From assembly GCA_044892505.1 (NCBI GenBank), contig CM097882.1, positions 542,996,001 to 543,060,000 on the forward strand: DNA of 64,000 nt, in the 5' to 3' direction. This DNA is from Schmidtea nova (Eukaryota). A program made the position numbers and the translations under genes. Numbering within the stretch: position 1 is the first letter of the stretch; each line of letters begins with the position of its first letter. Of this stretch, positions 1 to 13,800 are shown piece by piece. The notes beneath the pieces are model-generated. The model did not search any database. It was not told the origin of the DNA and saw nothing but the letters and a program-made list of their open reading frames with translations.

Positions 1-1420
1 TGGAAAATTTCTTGCATTCCTACAACTAGCGGAAAATTCTTAACTTTATCTGCAAGGGTTGGTGATTTAACCATTAAATTCATCGATTCTTGTCAGTTTG
101 TTAATTCTAGCTTAAATGATGCTGTTAAGACTCTTACTTGTTTGCCTTTGACTAGATCTGAATTCACCGGGACTATTGTTGATTGTAAGGGTATTTTTCC
201 TTATATTTTGCAACATCTTTAGAAATTCTTAATAAAACTTATGAGTTGCCACCGAAATGGGAAGGTGTGAAACAAGACGAATATGACAAGGCATTAGTGA
301 TTTGGAGGGAATCCCAGTGTCAAACTCTTTGTGACTATATGATGGTCTACCTTAAACTGGATGTTTTTTTTCTTGCTGATTTCTTTCAACAGTTTAGGGC
401 TAAATCTATAGCTCACAATAGACTTGAGCCTTTGAATTTCTTGGGGATTCCAGGTATGTCGTGGGCTTCTGCGCTTATTACCTTGGATGAACCTATTGAG
501 TTGCTTCAGGATATGGAAATTTATAATTTTTTCGAAGGGGGATCCATGGTGGATTGACATTTGTCAACAAGCATCATGTACTATAATCCGAAACGACTGA
601 ACTTTTATATATTGATATAAATAATTTTTACGGGTGGGCTTAGAGTCAAATATTACCTTATGGTGAATTTAATTGGATCACAGATCAAAATAATTTTAAT
701 TAATTAATCAAATTAATGGATGCTGATTTGGCTATTTTAACTTATGGCGTGACTTTTGAAGTGGATCTTGAAATCCCTTCAGAAATTCACGAAAAATTAA
801 ATGATTTCCCGGTTGCAGCAGAGAAAATGTGTGCTCCGGGTTCAAAAGTTGAGAAGTTAATGCTTACGCATTATCCAAAGTTCAACTATGTTATTCATTG
901 GAGGCTTCTCAAGCTTTTTGTTTTTTTGGGTGTTAAAATAACTCGAGTTCATCGGGCTGTTCAGTAATAAACAGAAAGCCATTTTTAAAAAATATATAGA
1001 TACAAACACTCAACTTAGGGCAGCTTCTTCTACGGCTTTAGATAAAAACTATTACAAACTCTTGAATAATAGTCTTTATGGAAAAACGGTTGAAAACCTT
1101 AAGAAAAGACTTAATTTACGACTATGTAATTCAGAATCAAAATTGATTACATATTCTTCAAATCCTACCTTTCGAAAAACTTATAGGATTGATGATGACC
1201 TAGTTTCTGTCTTGCTTAATAAGGACTCTGTGTGTTTAGATAGACCCAGCTACATTGGTCAAACTGTACTGGATTTATCTAAACTTAGGATGTATCAACT
1301 CCAGAATGAAGAATTACAAAAATATCGTAATGAATTCAATTGTGAGATTGGAATAGTTGCTGGTGATACAGATTCTTTCTTCTTGGAAGTTAAGAATTGT
1401 AAGTTGGATATTCTTTTGTC
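1..1420 (+). pseudogene. Polinton/Maverick protein-primed DNA polymerase B, 5'/central part (stops and frameshifts)
   Basis: Recognisable pPolB motifs across ORF pieces: KFIDSCQF, KGIFPY, YLKLDVFFLADFF, NNSLYGKT (KxxxNSxYG region), YIGQTVLDLSKLRMY, GDTDS; interrupted by a hAT at ~1421. Confidence 0.88.
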
Positions 1421-1424
1421 TTTC

Positions 1425-4286
1425 TATGGTATCGGAATTCGAAATTCGCAAGTTAAATATTTCGGAATTCGATCGAATTCCGAAATATTGTTAATTTTTT
1501 AAAGTTTATACAAATAATAAAAATAACTTATTTGAGATAATTTATTGTTATTTATTGCATAATATTACTTTTTTTAAAATAAAAATGGAACATAAAATTA
1601 TATCATTCAAAATGAAATATAAACATAAATGTATTGTACACAAATTCAATTATTACATAACAATATAATAATAGTTAAAAATATATTATTTAAAATGTTA
1701 TATAAACATAAAATTATTTTTACAAAAATTCAATTAGTACAGAAACATTCTAATATGGCATATCATTTAATAATAAAAAATATAAAATTATTCTTGTGTT
1801 TGCCTAAAATATGCTTTAAGGAAGCAGAGATCACTTAAAGATGTGTCTCCGAGTCTCGATCGAACTTTTGTACAAAAGTTACCTGCAATTGAGAAGGCTC
1901 ACTCGGACTCCACGCTCGATGGCGTAATCAAAATAAAAAATGAGTAGACAGACTCTAACATTTTTCTTCAAAGAATTTCATTTCAGATTTAATTTTTGAA
2001 ATTAAGCTCCGATTTGTTATTTGTTGAGTTTTGCTGGAAGGTATGTTAGACGATAAATTCAATTGAATTTTGTTCTGCAACTTTTGCATTAACGACTGGG
2101 AATTGGTTTTTTCTTCCGACATCACTTCTTCCACATCTTCAGCTTCTAACTGCTCGCCTGAGGAAGTTTCCATGTTAGTGTTAAATATCAATCTTTGTGC
2201 AAATCTTTCAATAACTTTGGCTATTGTATTTTTCAATGGTCTAGTAAAAGATTCGTGAATCTCACTTTTTCCGCCATTGTGTAAATACTGAAGAGTTCTA
2301 GACACATTTGTTCGCCTTTGGGTTATTCGGTTTTCTAATTCGTTCTTCAATTTTAGTGAAAGTTCATCAGATCCAAAATTCTCAAGCATAAAAGACAATG
2401 CCGCATCATCAGAAAGCAGATTTGCATCTTCTCGACAAAGGGCGTCAACAGTAAGCTTCACTGGGATAAGTGCAGAGATCATGTTGTTAATCGAGAAAAT
2501 TTCAGCATCTAGAATAACGATATCAGGCGCAATGTCAATCAATGCCTTTCTAACACAGCTTTTTAGTTGGTTAAATCTTTCAAGCATTTCGACTAAGCTA
2601 TTCCAACTAGTTCTAGTGTCCATAGTAAGTTTCAACTCTTCCAAATTCTTGTTTCATGTATACTTGAAGAATATCAATCGATGTTCTCGAAAAACGAAAT
2701 TTCTTTACAATCGAACGAACTTTTTTGATGAGAAAACCAAATCCAAATTCTTCAGTCTCAACATGCTCAGCTTCAATATAAATTTGTTCAATCAAGCCAA
2801 CACTTTCATCATCAATGTATTCCTCATCCTCTGATTTCTCGAAGTTACTTCCTTGTTCTTCTACACTAACATTTTCTGTATCTGTGTGAGCCACCAATTC
2901 ATCAGTTGCATTCGAATTATTATACAGAACATTAACTACAGCTAAATGTATCGTGTGTGCAAAGCACAACTGCTGATTACATGGTAAAAGCCGCCCAACT
3001 TTTTGCATCACAGCTGCCCCATCAGTTGTTATGGACGTAATATCTTTATCGATATTTAGATTGTTGTCTTGCAATGTGGTTTTCAGGGCCGTAATGCATT
3101 TCTCTGGAGGGAAACGTCCTTCAACACGAACTAAACCTAAATTACAAAACTGTTTCTTGCCATGGACATTCAAATTTAAATAACATCGGTTTCTTGATGA
3201 TGTCCATTCATCTATAGTTAAGCAAAATCGTGTTCCATCTTCTTTGAAATTAATTAAATCCTGCATCATTTTAGCACGCATTTTTTGTGCGTATTCTAAA
3301 ACCATTTTGCGAATTGAGTTAGGTGATTTTGGTAGTACATAATCTGGAGCGCCTCTAGCCAAAAGTAAATTTCTCAAATCGATAGACGTACAAAAAATTT
3401 TGAATGGCATATTATCCAAGGCACACATTTGTGATACAATTGCAGAAAGTTGTTCATCTTTTTTGTTGACTAAATAATTTGTAATCATCATTTTTGATGA
3501 GCTGCTTTCTTGAACTTTATCTTGCACGAAATCACGTTTTAATACATTAATATTGTGTATTGTTCTTAAATGCGTGTGCTGCGGTGTTGTCGTTGAACCA
3601 GAAGTTTTTAATATTTCATTACATATTTTACATTTTGCTGTTAGTTTTTTTGATCCTCTCAAAAAATGAATCCAAACAGAATTTTGATTTTTATATTGCT
3701 TTGTGTATTCCGAATAAATTTCTTTTGATGACATTTTAGGATATTCTAATAAAAATAATTTAATTATTAAATTAAAACTGCTAATGTTATTAAATTAAAA
3801 CTGCTATTGTTTACTTACCTATTTAAAAAATATTGATGATTGTACAGAAATCAATGTCCAAATATTTCAATATACACTATACTCGATTACACAAATCTCA
3901 ACACTATTGCAAATCGTAAATATAAGACACGAACACGAAGTTATACGAAATATAAAATGTTGTGTGAAATTTTATGCTACATTACATTTATTATTATTAC
4001 ATATGGATATGAAATGAAGAAATGAAACCGTTTAAATGTTTAGCTGCAATTTAGAAATGTTTTCTCTATGTCTACTTGTATTATGTAGAATAACTGTAAT
4101 TTTGCATTGTCTTCTTTATGTTAATAGAATGTAGAATATTGATATGTACAGAACGAAAACACAATTTACAAGTTGGAGATAGCACGAAAAAATAAATTTT
4201 AAATTCGGAATTCGCTGGGAATTTTTCGAAATTCGAAACTATATTTATGTAAACAAATTACGGAATTTTCGAATATGCAATCCCTA
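1425..4286 (-). mobile_element. hAT DNA transposon inserted in pPolB; one terminus lost
   Basis: Right end ...GAATATGCAATCCCTA (reverse complement TAGGGATTGCA, hAT-type terminus) at 4271-4286; GGAATTC/GAATTCG subterminal repeats at both ends; pPolB frame resumes at 4288 (LLDT*NYDPNH); no matching TIR or 8-bp TSD at the left end. Confidence 0.8.
1800..3734 (-). pseudogene. hAT transposase with N-terminal BED zinc finger (frameshifted)
   Basis: VWIHF...CKIC...HLRTIH BED finger; DEWTS, ITTDGAA, CFAHTIHLAV; C-terminal SSVESE*AFS dimerisation region at ~1860-1920; split into ORFs 2613-3734 and 1955-2644. Confidence 0.88.
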
Positions 4287-4287
4287 G

Positions 4288-4758
4288 TTATTAGATACTT
4301 AAAATTATGACCCAAATCATACCTTGTACCCGAAAAACCTAGATTCTGTCATTGGTAAATTCAAAATCGAGAATAAAGGATTCAAGTATGCGGAGTGGGA
4401 GTTTCTTAGGCCAAAGTGTTACAGTCTTTTAGGTGATGAAGAGTGCATTAAGGCTAAGGGTATAACATTGAAGGATACTAAACTGAATCATCAGTCGTAT
4501 CTGGATTGTTATAATAATAATTCAATAGTTTCTGTTTCTCAGTCGAGAATTGTTAGTAAGAACCATCAACTCTATACTAATAAATCTTCTAAGATTGCCT
4601 TGACTAATCTTGATGATAAAAGACTTTGGGTAAGAAAAAATGAAAGTCTTGCATATGGGCATTATAAAGGATGTGATTCGTTTATAGATCAATCAAAAGA
4701 TCAGGTTGGTGTTCCAGTTCCAGATCCAGCTCTCAATTCAAATTATATATTAAATTGA
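4288..4758 (+). pseudogene. Polinton pPolB C-terminal part
   Basis: VIGKFKIE, FLRPKCYS, KAKGI, LTNLDDKR...SLAYGHY are typical pPolB C-terminal motifs; continues the protein broken at 1420. Confidence 0.85.
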
Positions 4759-5429
4759 GATTTGTAATGAATAAAACTTTGTTAAAAATAATTGGTTTCA
4801 TTGTATTTAGTTTTATATTTCTTTAGACTGTTATGTTTAATTGTTTTTTAAAAATTTTATGTGTTGTCTAGATTTAACTCAGTCTGGTTTTACCGTTCGG
4901 TGTTTTCACCTGATTAGTGTAATATTTTTAGAATTTGTTTTAATCGTTTTAATTTAATGTAAAAATAATTGTTAGTGTTTACAAATATTAATAAATTTCA
5001 TCTGTTCTTTTAGTTGCACTATTGTCACAATTCTCGCATTAATTCCATCCGTTATCAAAGTTCTCATATTCGATTTTCTAAAGTTATCAGTTAAAAATAT
5101 GTGGAACAACTACTCGAAATGTTAGCCAGTACATTAAAACAAAAGTGTCGTTCGATTAAGTAAAAACATGTTATCGTGTGTGTTACGGATAATAATTAAT
5201 GTGTTGTGTTTTGAAGTTACCAACCGTAGTTACGGAGGTTACATAATGGTGTGTTTATCTTAGCAATATATATTTCAGGAATTATATATTGACACGTGTA
5301 TTTACCTAAGCAACAGGTTCCAAGGAGACTATACTTTTGTGTGTGTATTTACCATAGCAACAGGTTACGCAGGGAAGTCATCTTATGTTAATTAAATTTT
5401 AGTAATTGGTTAAATGTTTTTAAACGTAC

Positions 5430-5578
5430 TTTAAAGCCTCGTTTTTGAAGCAATCTATAAATATCCATTACGATCTTTTTGTTCGAGTGGCTATAACTGA
5501 TCATAAAATGGGATTCTCTTTCTGATATTTCATCTGTATCTTCGCATACGTTTTTAGTTTTTCTATTATTTCGATGAT
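5430..5578 (-). CDS. ARM-TIR gene exon 6 (start of TIR domain)
   Basis: AG acceptor 5580-5579, GTACGT donor from 5429; encodes HFMISYSHS. Confidence 0.78.
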
Positions 5579-7817
5579 CTAGAATATATAATTCAAATTG
5601 TAACAATTATTTATGATTCAAGTAATAATTTAACCCTTTCCTATCTTGTGTCTATAAAAATATGACAAAAAAAATTAACCATTCTATCCTTTGTCTGTAA
5701 AAAAATGACATTATTTTTAAATAGTTTATTTCCAATGCACTGTGAAGAAGAAGACTATGACGACAGAGACAGAGACACAGAAAAAAAATTTTTTTGAACT
5801 TTTTTTGAAATTTTATTAGGATTGGAACGGGCGGGAAACATAAAATAAAGAAGATAGGAAAGGGTTAAGGATCACAAGTTACACAAAAAATTACGATTTT
5901 ATGAATTTATGTGAAATAATTTATAAAACTCGATTAGAAAATTTTCATATGGGGTTGACAAAAATATTAGTTATTTCATTATTTTTAGCATTCCTAATCA
6001 AAGTTATATTTGTAGTGATTTAACAAGTACTTGCACATTAATTGGTGTAGTGTTTGATGGTATGCTGGATGGGAAATCAAGGTGCAACGAGGTTGTTTGT
6101 TATTACATAACAATAATCAGTTTCATTGCATTCAGATTTTCCTAAATCATTATGTTGCGATATTTTTTGGCTCTGTCAAACGATAAGCATAAAATAAATG
6201 TTTTGCACAACTAGTCTTTTCTTTTTAACATTTATTTTAAATCATGGAGCCACAATCTGTCGCGGCCCTACTTAAATATATTCCCGAAATATTTAGGATA
6301 AACTTAAGCTGAAGCGTCAGCTTCTGGAAGCATCTACCTATATTGATCAGATTATTTCTCTTCGACTTGAAGGTATGGCTCTAGACATATGGAAATATCA
6401 GACAGAAACTACAATGAACAGTTACTCAGTTTTAAAAGCCGCGCTGGTTTAAGTCTTTACGTGGCATACGAAGTTGACGAAACCAGAGAGTATTACTTCG
6501 GCTTTTTAAAACCTTTGGTGGAACTGACAAGAATAGATGATAATTGAAATGAAGTAGTGTTTAAATTGAAGCTATAGGCGCTGTTGTGGGCGGAGAAAAA
6601 CTGAAGAGTCTAAAATACTTTTTATGCGTGAAAAATGTCCATCCAGCAAGAAACTGTCAGCAAACAGAAAACCCTAAAAGAAAGCAGTAATGGCCGGTAA
6701 TTTCCTTCGACACAATGTGGTGTTGAGTTTCCCAGAATCTCAACTTGATGATCTTATATAAATAAATAAGTCAACACTGGTTCGAAATAAATTTTATTTA
6801 TTTAAAACAAATATAACAATTACCCAAATAAAATAATATTACAACCACTAGTTTAATTGTTTTTTGTATTTGTGTGTATAGGTTATATATGTAATGTGTG
6901 ATGCTGAATGCGGTTCTGAGCTCGGCATACTGTATACTCGAGTTTAAGCTTTCAAAGTCGATTAAAACTAAGAAAGTTTTAATGGGTGATTTGACTGAGA
7001 AATCAGTCAGTTTATATACTAATTTTTGAGGCACTTAATCTGCCAATAATAATTGTTATTTTTATACTTAAATTGTTTTCAAAACAGAATTGATTTCTAA
7101 CCTTCAAATTTTTTCATTTTACTGACCTTTGTTTGCCATGAATATAATTTATTTAAACAAGCATTAATTTATTTATTTTAATTTATTTAAATAATCAGTA
7201 TTATTTATTTATTTTTATTATTATTGTTATAATTTAATTTTTTGAATTAAAATATTACAAAATAAATCAAAGTATGAACCATTTTCTAAATAGTTAAAAA
7301 ATAATAATTTACATAAAAAATTTTCAAAACAAAATATTCCTTCAAAATTACATAAAATTTTATCATTAATTGTGTCCATCACCATAAAGAAATGTTCGCA
7401 AGATCTTAAACTGTAAATTGATAAATTGTCATAATTATATTGTCAAAAATTTATTGTCATTCTATTCATTGTTTGATCTTAATTGCCGTCCACGTGTACA
7501 TTTATTCTATATATTTTTCTTTTTATTCTGTAGTCATCATTATTTTCTAATGTGTCCACTATTCTTCTTGTATCTAACAGTGGCGCAAAAATCAAAATAA
7601 TTGATAATAAAATCATAAAGGGTTCGGGTTCTGTTCTAGTCGATTCTGGAAGCTCTCAGTCAATTTTTTAAAAAGAATGGTACAATAGTTAATTGTTTCG
7701 AGTAAATGAATTGTTACAATTGACGATCGAAAGCTAAAGTCTGGGAGTCCTTACCGATTGATTTTGAAATTTTCTGAATTAAATTTACTCAATTGTGTTT
7801 TAATTATTTACAAATTA

Positions 7818-7858
<41 letters not shown>

Positions 7859-10800
7859 CTAATTCTGTTTTTACGCGATAGATACATTCCTCGAAAATTC
7901 AGGTAAAAAAAGATATAGTATCCATATAAAAGTATGGGATTGGTTCCGAATTTTCAAAATCAACCAAAATAATGTGATTAAAATATATAAATTTATATTT
8001 TTAGGTGCTTTACAAATTTTATATTTATTTAAAGATATATTTATAAGTATAATATTAAAGGACAAACGAAAAAAATGATAAAAAATACTAATTTAACAAA
8101 AGAAATTTATTATTTAACAAAATATCACAAAAAAATTCATTTTAATAAAACAAAAAATGGCAAAATATATTATAAAGCATATTTTTTAATTGCTGTCACT
8201 TCCTGATGATATACGCATTTGTTTATGTGAGACTTGAACGTCACTGTCATCACTAGAAATATTTGCAACTTCATTTTCATGTTCAAGTGGTGTTGATGTT
8301 TCAGTTGTTTTGAGTTTAGTCACAAATTCAGTTATCAATCGTTGTGTTCTCGGTTTGATAATGCTGTTATATAATTCACGATAATTACCCATTAATAATT
8401 TCACGTCACGTTCAAATTTCCGAGCTCTTTCCTCGATATGATCATGCTTGCTAAAAATGATCGCTCAATTTAGCTGCTAGTTGCAGTCCTTCTTTGATTA
8501 GATCTGGGGTGAGGGTACTTGCAATTTTCTGGGATTTGGCTACGTATGTTCTGCTCGGCATTCTTTTCCAGAAAAGGCTTGTTTCATCTGCATTCCATAT
8601 CTGATCCGGAGTGTAGCCACGTGCTTCAATTATTTTAGCCAATTTTTGGGGAAATGCTTTAGCTGCATCCTCATCTGCAGATGCAATTTCACCCTTAATT
8701 TTTATATTGTGAAGCGCGTGCCTTTTCAGATAACCTGTCATCCAACCTGTACTTGCAGAAAATTCAAATTTTTTTTCTTTCTGGCCTGATGTTTGTGGTT
8801 CCATCTCTTTCATCTACTTATAAAATCGTAACGCCATCTGCTTTATGCCATTTCCGTCAACAGGTATCCGTTTTTGTGAGCAATCCTCCATCCATATTAC
8901 AAGAGCCTTCTCCATTTTCTCTTTTACAGTGTCTCTTGTGTATGATGTTTTATGAGCACTCATATTTGTTCCAGCAATCACATATTTTCTGATAGCTTCT
9001 TCATTTTTTTATAGTTCTTATGGTTGATTCTTTTAAATTAAAATATTTCCCTACAGAAGTGGCACCTTCTCCAGTGGCTAGTCTATCCAAAATTTTGATT
9101 TTAATTTCCAAAGAAATAGCTTTTCAATTCGTTTGTTTTTAGCTGACATTATTAATTGTAATGAGGTTCCTATAAAAAAAATTTATTTGCATGAAATAAA
9201 TTATTGAACTTAAAATTATAAATTACCTTTAACTTTAATTGAATTTATATTTGAATTTTTTTTTGCTAAAAATGAAATTTTTTGCATTGCGGTTAATCAA
9301 ATCAAATCGCGTAAAAACAGAACGAAATATTTTTGTTGAATCGCGTTAATTCAAATTCGCGTAAAAAAAGTTCGCNNNNNNNNNNNNNNNNNNNNNNNNN
9401 NNNNNNNNNNNNNNNNNNNNNNNNNNNNNNNNNNNNNNNNNNNNNNNNNNNNNNNNNNNNNNNNNNNNNNNNNNNNNNNNNNNNNNNNNNNNNNNNNNNN
9501 NNNNNNNNNNNNNNNNNNNNNNNNNNNNNNNNNNNNNNNNATTAAAAAAGACATTATTATAATTATATTACTTATTTTTATTTGAAGAATAATGTTAACT
9601 AAAGTTACGTAAAATTACGTAAAATTATAAATTGGTAGGTCAAACAGATCGACGGACAGTGTAATTTTATATATTATACTTGTTGGTAAACATTAATTTG
9701 GCTTTCAAGCAATTTTTGAAGCTTAAACAATTTACTTCATCAATTTTATTAATATTTACTGCAATGTGTAGCTCTGAAAGTTGGTTTTCAATAATGAGTC
9801 ATGAGAGGATTTAAATAGAAGTTATAAAAGTTAAAAAAGAAAATATTACAAATTGAAAAAAGTAATAAATTATAAAAAAGAAAATTGTAAAATAGTTTGA
9901 AGAATTTATTCAAGATTACAAAATACTGGGAAAATAACAATTTTTATCAAAATAGTTTTTGACAATAGTTTGCTAAATTTGTATGAAAGAATTTAAATCA
10001 CATCTATTTGATAATATTGAAATTAAAGTCTCGAAAATTTGTTCAAATATTTCAAATTGTTTATTAAAATATTATGATTTTAGAATTTCCGGATTGAAAT
10101 ATTATTGGGAGCTAATAAATAACATTAAATGATCCATACTATCACTGAAATTTGTTAGAATTTTATTCAAAAATAATACCCTGTAAAATCCAATTGAGCC
10201 CATCAAGTACATTGACATACGTTTTTCTGGGCATTTTTTCCGTATCATTCATATTTTCATTAAAATTCCTCTAAATAAGTTAATTTATTACTAAGAAATT
10301 TAATTAATTACAGAATCATTATCATTTTGGACTTTTATTTTTTGTTCCTTTGTTAATGTTCCATAGAGCAAAGGAAATTTATCCCTTCGAAAATCACTAA
10401 TAATGTCAGAAAACAAACTTTTAATTTCCTGTCTATTTTTCTTATTAAATGCGAGATTCCAGAGAATTGATAATGAAATTTCTTTGTATTTCGTAGATTT
10501 GTTTTCTATCAATATCATGAGAGTAGGCAATATTCCGCATTTGACTAGAAGCCTTTTGTTCTCGTCAATTTTGGACAGTTTTTCAATTCCTAAAAATATC
10601 TCCTTGATCCAAAATAATTTCCACGTTGATTTACCTTTAGCTAATTCAAGGATTGAGTAAGTTCTCATTTGACCGTTTTGGTCAGCCAGATATTTGTTCA
10701 ATAGCTGTGTTAAATATGACAAATATTCATGGCGCTGTTTTTTTATTATTTCTAACTCGAAATGACTTTCATTTGATAAGTGAGCAATGAGTAGAAGTGA

Positions 10801-13800
10801 ACTCAACTTCATTAAATAAAAATTAATTTATATGCAAATTATCAAATTATGGTTACCTTGATTCTTTCATAAGGGGATAGAATAAATTCTTGTATAAGTT
10901 CTACAAATTTCATAGAATGCAGAACAGCAATTTGTTCAGGGATTCCATTAATTGAGATAGTATACGAAATTGTTATAGCATCATTTAATATTTGAATGTG
11001 GTGCTAACAATTTATTTTAATCTAATAATATTTCAATTTGAGAGCATTAACCCCTTTACCGTACATCCTGAGTAAACTCGTACTAAATTTTCTATTTTTT
11101 CGAAAAAAAAGCAATAAAATTTGAAGATTTTAATTTTTTTATAATTTCTATTTAAGTAGGTATTTCCATTCAAAATAATGTTATATTTTGGATAATTTAT
11201 TAAACGGTAAAAGGGTTAATACTTAGTAATTAACAAAAATCATAGTTATAATTTAATTGAACANNNNNNNNNNNNNNNNNNNNNNNNNNNNNNNNNNNNN
11301 NNNNNNNNNNNNNNNNNNNNNNNNNNNNNNNNNNNNNNNNNNNNNNNNNNNNNNNNNNNNNNNNNNNNNNNNNNNNNNNNNNNNNNNNNNNNNNNNNNNN
11401 NNNNNNNNNNNNNNNNNNNNNNNNNNTGGTTAATTTTATGTTATTACTCGTTTAAGAGGTTTTAAGCGCCGTCATTACTATGGATGATGCCCTAGCGGTC
11501 ACCAGGAACCCCCCTTATGTTTTTTTTATGTCAAAATAATAAAATAATTCAAATAAATTTCGAATTATGAAATTTAAATAGCTTACTATAGGAAACTATA
11601 GTAAGCTAATTTCAAAATAGAAAAAATTGATTAAAAAAATTTAAAAAGACTGAATAAGTTAACAAACCAAATAATTAAAAGAAGCTAGAAAAAAAGAAAC
11701 TTATCAAGATAAGCTATCAAAAGATATTATTCCAGGAAATATATTATCCCTGTGCTAACCCACTATTATCCAGTACATCTCTGTGACATTCAGTTCCATA
11801 TTGTTCAAGTTTTAGTATTATCCAACTATAAATATAGTTCCGTATTGTTCAAATTTCAATATTATCCAACTATACATATATTTCTGTATTGTTCAATTTT
11901 CAATATTCCCCCAATTATATATTTTTCCGTATTGATCAAGTTCCAATATTAGCCAACTATACATATATTTCTGTATTGTTCAATTTCCAATATTACCCAA
12001 CTATACATATAGTTCCGAATTGTTCAAGTTTCGATATTATCCAACTATACATATAGTTCTGTATTGTTCAATTGTCATTATTATCCAACTATACGTATAG
12101 TCCCGTATTATTCAAGTTTCAATATTATTCAACTATACATATAGTTCTGCTTTATCCAGTGTTATTCCCAGTGTTACCACACACACAATAATTTAATACT
12201 CAACCGTATTATCGAGGCAAAAGCCAAGTAACATTTATTTAGTTTTTCGAGTTATTTTCTTAATAAAACTTGTTCAGTTAATAGAGTTTTTTCTTAGTTT
12301 TTCGATATTTTATATTCTGTACTTGTACCTATTAATCCACTCAATCAATTACACAACAAACACCCCGAGTGTCCCAACAATTAATAGGTGACTCTCTCGG
12401 GATCTACAATTCTTCTCTACACCACACGTACAGTAATCAAAAACCCAATTAGAATAGTATATAGAACCATAATAACTGGTGTCAGAAGTCAACACACACA
12501 CACACACTCGCCGTTTTTTTCAAGCGTTAACGCCTTTAGCATACCTATTATAGAGGTATAAGGATTAACGTCGCTTTTAGCCGAACACAGTAGGCTATAT
12601 CCTTTTGTCAAGCTCATTTTTTTTAACATAAAAAACAACATAACAAACAACAACAACAAAACTAAATGGCATCGAACCAAGCAAACCCAAACATTACACA
12701 AACACCCATGGATAACGAAAACACACAACCCCAACACCAAAACAACAACTACTATTACAACCCCGAAAACACACACACCATAAACTCTGTAATTAACCCG
12801 AAACCCAACCTACCAAACTATTTCACAGATGAAAATGGCACCCCACAAAAATGGCTAGAATTTGCCAAATTAACACTAACCCTTTCAGGTATAAAATCCA
12901 CAAAAACCCTATGCTCCAACATTATAGCCGCACTCCCCAGCAACAAACTAAATGAAATAGCGGATCAGATCGAAGAAATTTCTAAGGATGATGACCCTTT
13001 CAACAAACTGTGTAACATCCTGACGAACAAAAATAAAATAAACAGGAGACAAATGCTAGAGTCATGCCTCAATAACACACAACTAGGCGACAATAAACCA
13101 ACAGATTTTCTCCGACAACTTAAGCAAAAATTAGAATACCTCCAACCCAACATCACAAATTCAGGCTCCAACGAACTGGTGAAAGAATTTTTCATGCGAG
13201 CAATGCCACCAGAAATCAGGAGGATTTTGGCAGCCAGCAACAACGCGGATGTGGAAACGCTTGCCGACATAGCGGATAAAATCAACGAGGAAATTTATCC
13301 GACTATATGCAGCACCCAAAACAACAACAAAAACAAACCGCACTACAATAATCCCGCATACAACAAAAACAACGAAACAAACGACAACATGAACAAATTA
13401 TTAAACACCCTAATCGGCAAATTCGACGAAATCATAGTCGAAAACAGACAAATTAAAACAGAATTAGCCGAAATAAAAGAACGTTGTAATAAACAGACTT
13501 TCAACTCAACACAATCATACGACAATTACAACAAATATAACTACAACAGAGACCTGCCTTCAGACGGTCAAAACAGACAAAACTACAGCCGCAGCCAATC
13601 ACCGAACAACAATTACAGAAACCGGTCAAACTCCCCTAATCGAGGCAACAATTACCGAAACAGAAGCCCAGAAAGAGATCCAAGAAATAATTATATAAAC
13701 AAAAATCTATGTTACAACCACAACAAATTCGGTGAAAAAGCATTTAAATGCACACAACCCTGCGAATTCAATAAAACAGAACAGGGAAACCAATAAGGTC

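Noticed and set aside
5290-5385. Duplicated GTGTATTTACC..AGCAACAGGTT as a Polinton terminal repeat
   Set aside because: No matching inverted copy or TSD in the window; cannot be assigned
7620-7800. LVDSGSSQSI aspartic-protease-like remnant
   Set aside because: Too short and degenerate to support a feature
9333-9554. ORFs 9333-9554 and 52887-53183
   Set aside because: Artefacts of translating N-runs
11752-11952. Identical 66-aa ORFs at 11752 and 17571, and 61-aa ORFs at 35379/42656 and 35412/42689
   Set aside because: They lie in LTR pairs and are incidental; the duplication reflects the LTRs
11817-12150. 44-bp array and the 51.9-52.9 kb array as possible CRISPR arrays
   Set aside because: No unique spacers between conserved repeats, no cas genes, eukaryotic context
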